From an uncultured Caulobacterales bacterium (GTDB lineage Bacteria > Pseudomonadota > Alphaproteobacteria > Caulobacterales > Caulobacteraceae), in NCBI GenBank assembly GCA_903851655.1, contig CAINOV010000318.1, forward strand, positions 1 through 52,568: a DNA stretch of 52,568 nt, written 5' to 3'. The notes under the pieces were generated by a model. It had not been told where the DNA came from and searched no databases. It saw nothing but the letters and a program-made list of their open reading frames with translations. The position numbers and the translations under genes were made by a program. This document shows positions 8,966 through 16,731 of this stretch, one piece after another (the first letter of the stretch is position 1; each line of letters starts with the position of its first letter).

Positions 8966-10393
8966 TTACCGAATTATTCCAAGCAAATCTTGAAGCATCT
9001 GATCTGCAGTGGTGATGACTTTTGAAGACGCCGAATAGGCCCGCTGAGTCACGATCAGGTTCGTGAATTCGGTGGACAGATCGACCGTGGACGACTCCAG
9101 CGTGGACGGGGAAATGGAGCCTGCGCCGCCGGATCCCGCCGACTTGAGATTGTAGGCCCCGCTGCTGTTGGACACCTCGTAGGCGTCGCCGGAGACCGGC
9201 GTCAGGCCGTCGGGATTGGGGAAGGTCGCGATGGCCACCTGGGCGATCTGTCGCGAGACGCCGTTGTCGTAGTTGGCGGTCACATAACCCTTGTTGTCGA
9301 CGGTGACATTGCTGAGGTTGCCGAAATTGGTGCCGTTGGTGGTGATCGCCTGGGTGACGGACTGGCTGGCGAACTGGGTCAGGTCCCCCGGTGCGGTGCT
9401 CAGCGACAGGCTGATGTTCTGCGCGGCCAGACCGAGGCCGGACGCCCAGCTCACCGCGCCGGCCCCCGGCGCCGAGGTGGAGGCGCCGATGGCGATGTTC
9501 GGGGTGGTGCTGCCGCCGAACAGGGTGGAGTTGGCCGGATCGAACTGGCCGGTGGGCGAGAAGGCGACGATGCCGGTGGCGATCTGGCCGTTGGTCAGCC
9601 CGGTTCCCGTCTGCAGGTCGGTCGCCGGCACGGCGCGCACCTCGGCGTACCACTGATTGGCCACGGTGGACTTGAGGAAGTCCAGCTCCACCGTGTGCGG
9701 GCCGCCCTGACTGTCCGCCACGGGAATCTGGATGGAGAAGTCCGGCTTGACCCCGGTGCCGGCGCTGGCGCTGTACATGGCCATGGAGTTGGTCGAGGCG
9801 TTGTAGGCGCCCGCCGTCCCGGCGGTCTTGGCCACGGCGGCGGCGCTGGGGGTGGTGGTGGCCTGCAGGTTGCCGCTGACCGCCACGGCGGTGGTGGGCG
9901 AGGCTGCGCCGCCCTGGGTCAGGACGTTGATGGTCTTGAGCTGCGTCAGGTCCGTGGGGTTGGGGGTGATGACCCCCTGCGGATCCGCCAGCCAGCCCTG
10001 CAGATAATAGCCGGCCGTGTTCTTCAGATACCCCTGGCTGTCCACCGTGAAGGCCCCGGCCCGGGTGAACAGCCGCGGGTCGGTGGCGCTGGTGTTGGTG
10101 GGGTCGGTGGTGGTGACGAACAGCCCGGCGCCGTTGATGCCCAGATCCGTGTTCGACGCGCTCTGATTCAGCTGGCCCTGCTTGGACACGATGCTGGACG
10201 AGATCGCCGAGACGCCCCCGGCGGAATAGAGGCCCTTGGCCGCCTGCGCCGTCACGATGGAGGCGAAGTCGACCCCCTCCTCCTTGTAGCCGACGGTGTT
10301 GGCGTTGGCGATGTTGTCGGAGATGGCGCTGATGGCGGACGTGTTGGCGACAAGTCCGGTGACTCCGGCGGCCAGTGCGCTGTTGATGCTCAT
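8966..10393 (-). CDS. flgE: Flagellar hook protein FlgE
   Basis: 475 aa. The N-terminus MSINSALAAGVTGLVANTSAISAISDNIANANTVGYK and the C-terminus TQRAYSASSKVITTADQMLQDLL are the conserved rod/hook terminal domains. Confidence 0.9.
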   Translation of the reverse strand: MSINSALAAGVTGLVANTSAISAISDNIANANTVGYKEEGVDFASIVTAQAAKGLYSAGGVSAISSSIVSKQGQLNQSASNTDLGINGAGLFVTTTDPTNTSATDPRLFTRAGAFTVDSQGYLKNTAGYYLQGWLADPQGVITPNPTDLTQLKTINVLTQGGAASPTTAVAVSGNLQATTTPSAAAVAKTAGTAGAYNASTNSMAMYSASAGTGVKPDFSIQIPVADSQGGPHTVELDFLKSTVANQWYAEVRAVPATDLQTGTGLTNGQIATGIVAFSPTGQFDPANSTLFGGSTTPNIAIGASTSAPGAGAVSWASGLGLAAQNISLSLSTAPGDLTQFASQSVTQAITTNGTNFGNLSNVTVDNKGYVTANYDNGVSRQIAQVAIATFPNPDGLTPVSGDAYEVSNSSGAYNLKSAGSGGAGSISPSTLESSTVDLSTEFTNLIVTQRAYSASSKVITTADQMLQDLLGIIR

Positions 10394-10446
10394 GGGTGTC
10401 AGTCCTTGTTCTTTGGCCTGGATCTCTGGCCTGAAGGTCTTGGGGA

Positions 10447-11142
10447 TCAGGAGGCGGTGATGGAGGTGATCGAGGTGACAGGGACGGTGGTCTTGCCGAT
10501 GCCGACGACCGTCTGGCCGGCGGTGTTCTGCTGGACGCTGGTGACGACGCCGGCGACCTGCGGCGTGGCGGCCACCGCGCCCGACGCGGCGTCCTGGGCG
10601 GAGATCGAAAGGGTGTAGACGCCGCCGTCCGGCAGCTGGCGGCCGGACGCGTCCTGGCCGTTCCAGCTGAAGGTGTTGGAGCCGCTGGAGAGGCTGCTGA
10701 GCGGGGCGGTGAACACCGTCTGGCCCGCGGCGTTGGTGACGGTGGCGGTCCCCTGAACCGCACCCGTCCCCAGGGTGTACTGCCAGTTGGCCGTCCCGTT
10801 GGTCAGGGTGACGTTCGACGTGTTGGCCACGACGGACTTGCCGATCAGTCCGACCGAACTGGTCACGCCCTGCCCGCCGGTGGAGTTGTTCACCAGGCTC
10901 TGTAGCAGCTGATTGGTCAGCAGCTGCTGCTGCACGCCGTTCATCTGCACCAGCTGCTGGGTGAAGGCGTTGGTGTCCATGGGCGAGGTGGGATCCTGGT
11001 TCTTCAACTGTGTCGTCAACAGCTGCAGAAAGGTCGTGTAGTCGGAGTTCAGGCTGGCCTGTCCCGACGCGACGGACGCGCTTGCGGACGAACTGGTGGT
11101 GGCCGCGGCGCTGGTGGTGGGGGGGGTGGTCACGGTGGTCAT
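10447..11142 (-). CDS. flgD: Flagellar hook capping/assembly protein FlgD
   Basis: 231 aa with the signature FLQLLTTQLKNQDPTSPMD followed by an FlgD Ig-like C-terminal region. Confidence 0.9.
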   Translation of the reverse strand: MTTVTTPPTTSAAATTSSSASASVASGQASLNSDYTTFLQLLTTQLKNQDPTSPMDTNAFTQQLVQMNGVQQQLLTNQLLQSLVNNSTGGQGVTSSVGLIGKSVVANTSNVTLTNGTANWQYTLGTGAVQGTATVTNAAGQTVFTAPLSSLSSGSNTFSWNGQDASGRQLPDGGVYTLSISAQDAASGAVAATPQVAGVVTSVQQNTAGQTVVGIGKTTVPVTSITSITAS

Positions 11143-11153
11143 GGGCAGGGTCC

Positions 11154-12725
11154 TCAGATCCGGATATCGAGACCGCGGGCGGCGGCGCCGGAGGCGGCCC
11201 CCATGGCGGACAGGTCGGTCAGGTCGGCCAGGCGGTTCATGGCGCTGAACGCCGCTGCGCCGCCCCCGGACGGGCGCTGCCCGTCATCGAAGGCGCCGGA
11301 CCCGCCCCCGGCGAAGCCGCCGGCGCCGGACTGGCCGCCGCTCTGGAAGGTCAGGTCCTCGGCCTTCAGCTGGAAGCCGGCGTCCTGCAGGGACTGGCGC
11401 AGGGCGACGGACTCGCTGGCCATGGCGTTGGCGGCCTCGGGGTGTTCGAAGGACAGCCGGGCGGACATCTCCCCCTTGGCGCTGATCTCCACCGAGACAT
11501 TGACGCGGCCCAGTCCCTCCGGATCCAGGGCGACATCGAAGCGGGTGATCTTGCTGTCCAGGTTCTGCACGATCTGCGAGGCGAGGCCGGTCACCGTCCG
11601 CGAGGGCGCGGAACCCTCCGGCGCGCCGGTCGCCGTCGCGGCGGCCGATCCGCTGGCGGCGGCGGCGGCGATCTGGCTGGCCGCGGCGCTGTCGTCGAGG
11701 ACCGGCGCAAAGGTCGGTCCCGTCGCGGCGGGGTCGCCGGTCTGAGCCGCCAGGGCCGCAGCCGCGTCGGCGGATCCGGCGGAGGCGCCGTCATGACCGG
11801 CGCCCTTCCCGCCCGCCTGGCCGCCGGCGCCGCCCGCGGCGGCGTCCAGTTCGCCGAGCAGGAGCGACGCGGTGGGCGATGTCCCGGCGGGGGTCGCGGA
11901 TCCTGATGCGGTCATTGACGTGGCGCTCCGCCCGGTCGCCGCCGCCGGCTTGAGGCCGCCGGCGGTCAGCCGGGCCGCCGCAGCGCCGCCGCCGAGGGAC
12001 GGCGCTCCGGGGCCGGGACCGGCCAGGGATGGCGCGCCGCCCAGCAGGGTGGTCAGGGACGGCTCGATATCGACGCCGTCTGCTGCAGATCCGTCCGCGG
12101 CGCCGTTGCCGTCCCCGGCCCCCGGCTTTCCTACGGACGCCGCAGCGACGGACTCGGCCGCCGCCGGGACCGGGGGCGCCGTGGGGGCCGGCGGCTGGGC
12201 CGCGGCGAAGCTTGCGCCGTCAGCCGCCCCCTTGACCCCTCCGGTCGCCGGCGTGGCGGCGACGGCCGGAACCCCCGGCGGGACGACCGTCGGCGGGGCG
12301 GCGGGCGTCTGAGGATTGGCCGCCGTCGCGGCCGCAGCGGCGTCAGCGTCAGCATCCGAGGACCGGTCCTTGCTGTCGCGCGACCCGACACCCTTGCCCT
12401 GAGCGCCCGCGGGCGGGGCGCGGGTCCCGGGCCCGCCCGCCGTCGAGCTGGACGCGTCCGATGCGGCGGCCTGCGCGGACGCATCCGGGGTCGGCGCATC
12501 CGGCGCAGCGGGCGTCGGAGCCGGCGACCGCTCGACGCTCACCGGCGGAGCGGGGGGCGGGATCGGCGCCGTCGGGCGCGGCGTATAGCTCGCCAGGTCC
12601 ACCAGCGCATTGAAGCCGGCCGCCCCGTCGGCGCCCGACGGATCAGCGCCCGACGACGGGGCCGAGGGCCGTTGCGGCGCCCGGAGGTCGGCGGGCTGGG
12701 AGGCGGTCGCGGTTGCGGCGGTCAA
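11154..12725 (-). CDS. fliK: FliK-like hook-length control protein
   Basis: Long Ala/Pro/Gly low-complexity N-terminal part, then a FliK C-terminal-type domain (RFDVALDPEGLGRVNVSVEIS...LSFEHPEAANAM...LRQSLQDAGF). I prefer TTG 12725, which follows AAGGAA with a 6-nt spacer. The track ORF extends to GTG 12803, which lacks a Shine-Dalgarno sequence. Confidence 0.7.
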   Translation of the reverse strand: MTAATATASQPADLRAPQRPSAPSSGADPSGADGAAGFNALVDLASYTPRPTAPIPPPAPPVSVERSPAPTPAAPDAPTPDASAQAAASDASSSTAGGPGTRAPPAGAQGKGVGSRDSKDRSSDADADAAAAATAANPQTPAAPPTVVPPGVPAVAATPATGGVKGAADGASFAAAQPPAPTAPPVPAAAESVAAASVGKPGAGDGNGAADGSAADGVDIEPSLTTLLGGAPSLAGPGPGAPSLGGGAAAARLTAGGLKPAAATGRSATSMTASGSATPAGTSPTASLLLGELDAAAGGAGGQAGGKGAGHDGASAGSADAAAALAAQTGDPAATGPTFAPVLDDSAAASQIAAAAASGSAAATATGAPEGSAPSRTVTGLASQIVQNLDSKITRFDVALDPEGLGRVNVSVEISAKGEMSARLSFEHPEAANAMASESVALRQSLQDAGFQLKAEDLTFQSGGQSGAGGFAGGGSGAFDDGQRPSGGGAAAFSAMNRLADLTDLSAMGAASGAAARGLDIRI

Positions 12726-12833
12726 GGCGCATTCCTTGGAAAGGGGCGAGGACGTCCGGGGTCCGCGACTTTGTCGCTCGGGCCCCGCACCGGGATCGAC
12801 CACGCCTACTGCGCAGCATCGGCCCTCACCAAA

Positions 12834-12848
12834 GCAACCGACGGGCCA
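12834..12848 (-). promoter_or_regulatory. Candidate sigma-54 (-24/-12) promoter for the hook operon
   Basis: The minus strand reads TGGCCC-GTCGG-TTGC (GG-N10-GC with flanking T and TT), about 110 nt upstream of the TTG start at 12725. Confidence 0.5.
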
Positions 12849-12917
12849 GTCCGCTCGATCAGCTTCAAATATCTGTTTTTATTGATTTATTGGCAGGTTC
12901 GCAGAGGAGCGACGGCG

Positions 12918-12975
12918 CCCGGCCGGGCGAACCTTCTTGCCGGGTTGGCCCCACGACCCGGCGTTTCCTGCCGGG
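12918..12975. promoter_or_regulatory. GC-rich dyads, candidate FlbD enhancer (ftr-like) sites
   Basis: CCCGGCGTTTCCTGCCGGG (12957-12975) is a CCCGGC-N7-GCCGGG dyad. A looser CCCGGC...GCCGGG pair lies at 12918-12944. Both sit between the two sigma-54 promoter candidates. Confidence 0.35.
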
Positions 12976-13012
12976 CGGCGCGGGGCGCGGGGGCGAGGCG
13001 CGATCGCGGCTG

Positions 13013-13028
13013 TGGCGCCGCTTTTGCG
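13013..13028 (+). promoter_or_regulatory. Candidate sigma-54 (-24/-12) promoter for flgK-flgL
   Basis: TGGCGC-CGCTT-TTGCG on the plus strand (GG 13014-15, GC 13026-27, 10-nt spacing), about 150 nt upstream of the flgK ATG. Confidence 0.5.
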
Positions 13029-13174
13029 CAGTCCTCTGCGACATGACCCGCATCAGAATCAAAAATTCGAGTGAATTCAGCAGCTTGAAAGCCCGCGACC
13101 GGGCGACGGGCGGGCGCGGCCGGGCAGAATCTGCCGAGCGACCTGACGGAACTGCCGAGGAGGGCTCTTAAGAC

Positions 13175-15295
13175 ATGGCGTCACTTGGCGGAATTCTGAA
13201 TATCGCGTCGACGGCCCTGCAGACGGCGCAGACCAGCATCAGCGTGGTCAGCAACAATGTCGCCAACGTCAATACGCCCGGCTATGTGCGCGAGGTGGCG
13301 AACCAGGAGTCCCTGGTGGTGGGCGGATCCGGCGGCGGCGTCGCGGTCACCTCCATCTCCCGGGCCGCGGACGCCTATCTGCAGCAGGCCAGCCTGACGG
13401 CGTCGGGGAACGCGGGAAACTATGGCGCCGTCTCCAGCTATCTGGACCAGGCCCAGCAGCTGTTCGGCGATCCGTCCGCGTCCGGGTCGCTGTTCGGCCA
13501 GCTGGATCAGGTGTTTTCGGCTTTTTCCGCCCAGGCGGCCGCCCCCACGGGCGTGACCCAGTCCCAGAGCGTCGCGGCGCTGCAGGGCTTCTTCAACCAG
13601 GCCAGCCAGATCAGCAACAGCCTGCAGACCCTGCAGACCCAGACCACGACCCAGATCACCAGCGACGTCTCGACGGTCAATGACCTGCTGCAGAAGATCA
13701 GCGACCTCAACACCGTGATCTCCCAGGGAACGGTCGCCGGCAGCAACGTCACCGGCTATCAGGACCTGCAGAGCCAGTACACCGATCAGCTGTCCAAGCT
13801 GATCGACATCAAGGTGAGCCAGGACGGCAGCAATACCGGCGCGATCACCATCCGCGGGTCAGACGGGACGGCGCTGACGACGCTCGGCCGCAACCCCGCC
13901 GTCTTCACCTATGATCAGTCCAACGGCAGCGGCCAGCTGCTGTTCACCCCACCCGGCGGGCAGCAGCAGCCCTATGGCTCGCGCCTCACCAGCGGGGAGC
14001 TGGAGGGCCTGCTGCACGCGCAGAACACCGACCTGCCGAACCTGACCCAGCAACTGGCGGAATTCACCGCCGGGACGGCCAGCGCCCTCAACCAGGCGTC
14101 CAACGCCTATTCCTCGACCCCCGCCCCGGCCAGCCTGACCGGCAAGGACATCGGGATCGACGTCCCCTCGGCCATCGCCAACTTCACCGGCAAGACCACC
14201 GTCGCCATCGTCAACGCCCAGGGCGTGATCCAGCAGACCGTGGCCATCGACTTCACGCACAAGACCCTGAGCGTGAACGGCGCCCCGGCGACCAGCTATG
14301 TCTCGGCGGCGAACTTCGTCTCGAGCCTCAACACCGCCCTGGCGCCGGCCGGAGGGGCCAGCGTCAACGGCAGCGTGCTGAGCCTCACCGCCGCCGGCGG
14401 CAACGGCGTGGTCGTCGCCGATGATCCGACGACGCCCAGCCAGGCGGGCGGCAAGGGATTTTCCCAGTATTTCGGCCTGAATGACGTGGTGACCTCGAAG
14501 GGGCCCAGCGACTTCAACACCGGGCTGACGGCGGCCAGCGCGTCCGGATTCACCTCGGGAACCATGAAGTTCCGCGTGGCCACCGCCGACGGAACCGATG
14601 TCGCCGACGTGTCCGTGTCGCCGACCGCCGGCCAGACGATCGGGCAGCTGGTCACCCAGCTGAACAGCACCACCGGCGGGCTGGGCGCCTATGGCAGCTT
14701 CGCCCTCGACAGCAACGGCGCCATCGCCTTCACGCCCAGGAGCGGCTCCAACTTCAATCTCGGGGTCACCTCCGACACCACCAGCTGGAACGGGACGGGC
14801 CCAAGCTTCACCCAGCTGTTCGGAATCGATCCCGCCACGCGGATCTACCGGACGGGCAACCTGTCGGTGAACCCCGCCATCGTGCAGCAGCCGGGCCTGC
14901 TGCCCAACGCCAAGATCAACCTGACCGGCGCGGCCGGCGCGATCGCCCTGTCCCCCGGCGACACCCGCGGGGCCGATGCGCTCAGCCAGGCCGGCGCAAC
15001 CCTGCGCAGTTTCCAGGCGGTGGGGCTGGCGCCGGCCGCCACCTCGACCCTGTCCAACTATTCCGCCGCCCTGTCCGCCCGGATCGGCGCGGCGGCGTCC
15101 AACGCCAGCACCAACCAGACCAACGCCGCCGCCGCCGCCACCGAGGCCCAGAGCCGCCGGTCCGGAGTGGAGGGCGTGAACCTCGACCAGGAACTGGTCA
15201 GCCTGACAACCTACCAGCAGGCGTACAACGCCTCGGCGCGCCTGTTAACGGCCGCCAAGGACATGTACGATACCCTGCTGGCGCTCGTGCAATAG
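13175..15295 (+). CDS. flgK: Flagellar hook-associated protein 1 FlgK
   Basis: 706 aa. The N-terminus LNIASTALQTAQTSISVVSNNVANVNTPGY and the C-terminus LVSLTTYQQAYNASARLLTAAKDMYDTLL are conserved. GAGGAGGG lies upstream of the ATG. Confidence 0.9.
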   Translation: MASLGGILNIASTALQTAQTSISVVSNNVANVNTPGYVREVANQESLVVGGSGGGVAVTSISRAADAYLQQASLTASGNAGNYGAVSSYLDQAQQLFGDPSASGSLFGQLDQVFSAFSAQAAAPTGVTQSQSVAALQGFFNQASQISNSLQTLQTQTTTQITSDVSTVNDLLQKISDLNTVISQGTVAGSNVTGYQDLQSQYTDQLSKLIDIKVSQDGSNTGAITIRGSDGTALTTLGRNPAVFTYDQSNGSGQLLFTPPGGQQQPYGSRLTSGELEGLLHAQNTDLPNLTQQLAEFTAGTASALNQASNAYSSTPAPASLTGKDIGIDVPSAIANFTGKTTVAIVNAQGVIQQTVAIDFTHKTLSVNGAPATSYVSAANFVSSLNTALAPAGGASVNGSVLSLTAAGGNGVVVADDPTTPSQAGGKGFSQYFGLNDVVTSKGPSDFNTGLTAASASGFTSGTMKFRVATADGTDVADVSVSPTAGQTIGQLVTQLNSTTGGLGAYGSFALDSNGAIAFTPRSGSNFNLGVTSDTTSWNGTGPSFTQLFGIDPATRIYRTGNLSVNPAIVQQPGLLPNAKINLTGAAGAIALSPGDTRGADALSQAGATLRSFQAVGLAPAATSTLSNYSAALSARIGAAASNASTNQTNAAAAATEAQSRRSGVEGVNLDQELVSLTTYQQAYNASARLLTAAKDMYDTLLALVQ

Positions 15296-15303
15296 GCGCT
15301 CCC

Positions 15304-16251
15304 ATGACCCGTGTCTCGACCGCAGGCCTTTTCGCCACCTCCGTCTCGGCCATCAACACCGCCCAGGACCGGCTGAACACCGCCGCGCAGCAGGCCAATA
15401 CCGGCAAGCTGGCCAGCGATCTCGCAGGCTATGCGTCCAGTGATGAACAGATCACCGCCACCAACACCCTGCAGTCGCGGATCCAGAGCTACCTCAACAA
15501 CAACAAGGTCCTGACCAGCAAGCTCGATCTGCAGAACCAGACGCTGCAATCCGTGGCCGACGCCGCCACCAGCGCCAAGACCGCCATCACCCAGGCCCTG
15601 GCGGCGGGGGACGGCACGTCGCTGATGACCCAGCTGCAGGGCGCCCTGTCCGACGCGGTCACGGGACTGAACACCCAGTTCAACGGCCAGTATGTCTATG
15701 CCGGGTCGCAGACCAGCACGCCGCCCGTCGCCGTGAGCCAGCTGTCGGACCTGACCACGCCGGCGGCGACGGCCAATATCGCCAGCGTCTTCAAGAACGA
15801 CCAGCTGGCCCCCGTCACCCGGATCGAGGACAACGCCGTCGTCACCACCGGCCAGCTGGCCAGCACCGTGGGCACGCCCCTGTTCACCGCGCTGCAGCAG
15901 GTCGAGGCCTTCAACCAGGGGCCGAACGGGCCGATCACCGGAACCCTGACCCCGGCGCAGTCCACCTTCCTGCAGGGCGTGATCGCCAGTTTCAGCACCG
16001 CCGAGACCAGCGCGACGGGGGCCGTCGTGCAGAACGGCGCGGTGCAGCAGCAGCTGACCAGCGTCACCACCAACCTGACGAACCAGAGCGACACCCTGAC
16101 GCAGAACCTGGGAAATCTGACGGACGTGGACATCGCCAAGGCGGCCAGCGATCTGCAGCTGGCCCAGTTCGCCATGCAGGCCTCGGCGCGGGTGTTCAGC
16201 GCCCTGAGCAGCTCGAACCTGCTCACCCTGCTGCCCAACACGTTCAACTAG
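15304..16251 (+). CDS. flgL: Flagellar hook-associated protein 3 FlgL
   Basis: 315 aa with flagellin-family N- and C-terminal helices (DIAKAASDLQLAQFAMQASARVFSAL). It starts 9 nt after flgK. Confidence 0.85.
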   Translation: MTRVSTAGLFATSVSAINTAQDRLNTAAQQANTGKLASDLAGYASSDEQITATNTLQSRIQSYLNNNKVLTSKLDLQNQTLQSVADAATSAKTAITQALAAGDGTSLMTQLQGALSDAVTGLNTQFNGQYVYAGSQTSTPPVAVSQLSDLTTPAATANIASVFKNDQLAPVTRIEDNAVVTTGQLASTVGTPLFTALQQVEAFNQGPNGPITGTLTPAQSTFLQGVIASFSTAETSATGAVVQNGAVQQQLTSVTTNLTNQSDTLTQNLGNLTDVDIAKAASDLQLAQFAMQASARVFSALSSSNLLTLLPNTFN

Positions 16252-16276
16252 GAAACTAGGCAACTAGGCAACTAGG
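16245..16276. repeat. Tandem 8-mer array (CAACTAGG AAACTAGG CAACTAGG CAACTAGG)
   Basis: Read directly from the sequence. The first unit contains the flgL TAG stop. Confidence 0.8.
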
Positions 16277-16302
16277 CGCGCCCCGGCTGACGCCCGGGCA
16301 TG

Positions 16303-16333
16303 AAAAAACCCCACGGTCGCAACGACCCTGGGG
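16303..16333 (-). terminator. Rho-independent terminator candidate downstream of rpmJ (possibly bidirectional with flgL)
   Basis: Stem CCCCACGGTCG / CGACCCTGGGG (one mismatch) with a 3-nt loop. The A6 run on the plus strand gives a U6 tail for the minus-strand transcript. Confidence 0.5.
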
Positions 16334-16408
16334 CTTTCCGGATTCGGCGCACGGCGCGGTCGCTCAAGCCGTCCGGTCAGACCGGCGACGGACGACCTGC
16401 GGGCAGGA

Positions 16409-16534
16409 TCAGCCCTGACGGGCCTTGAAGCGCGGGTCGGTCTTGTTGATCACATAGACGCGGCCCTTGCGGCGCACGACCTTGCAGTCCCGGTGGCGGG
16501 ACTTCAACGACTTCAGGGAGCTGCGGACCTTCAT
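16409..16534 (-). CDS. rpmJ: 50S ribosomal protein L36
   Basis: Not in the ORF track (41 aa). My translation is [41 protein letters not shown], a canonical L36 sequence. Confidence 0.9.
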   Translation of the reverse strand: MKVRSSLKSLKSRHRDCKVVRRKGRVYVINKTDPRFKARQG

Positions 16535-16731
16535 GGGGATATCCGGATCAATCGTGGCCTGAAACGACGCCACGCCCGTGCTGTCGAGGCGACGGGCGTG
16601 CCGAGGGGCGGTGTATAGGGGCTGTGATCTGGTGAGTCAACGCCACACTCGCCCTCCCTTCGCCACAGATCCCCGTCAGACCGGGTATTCCGCGTTGATC
16701 CGGTCCGCGAAAACCCCTTATGGCTGTCCGC

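Noticed and set aside
8781-10763. 660-aa minus-strand ORF overlapping flgE and flgD in another frame.
   Set aside because: The translation is a Pro/Arg/Ser/Gly string with no domain features. The flgE and flgD frames carry canonical conserved termini.
12861-12892. A full IHF consensus site (WATCAANNNNTTR) in the AT tract between the sigma-54 promoters.
   Set aside because: Only the TTGAT/ATCAA core matches and the flanking TTR/YAA positions do not. I keep it only as an AT-rich candidate bend, not a called site.
16245-16276. Short tandem arrays (also 30407-30462 and 45072-45127) as possible CRISPR arrays.
   Set aside because: The units are 8-14 nt with no unique spacers and no cas genes. They are simple tandem repeats.
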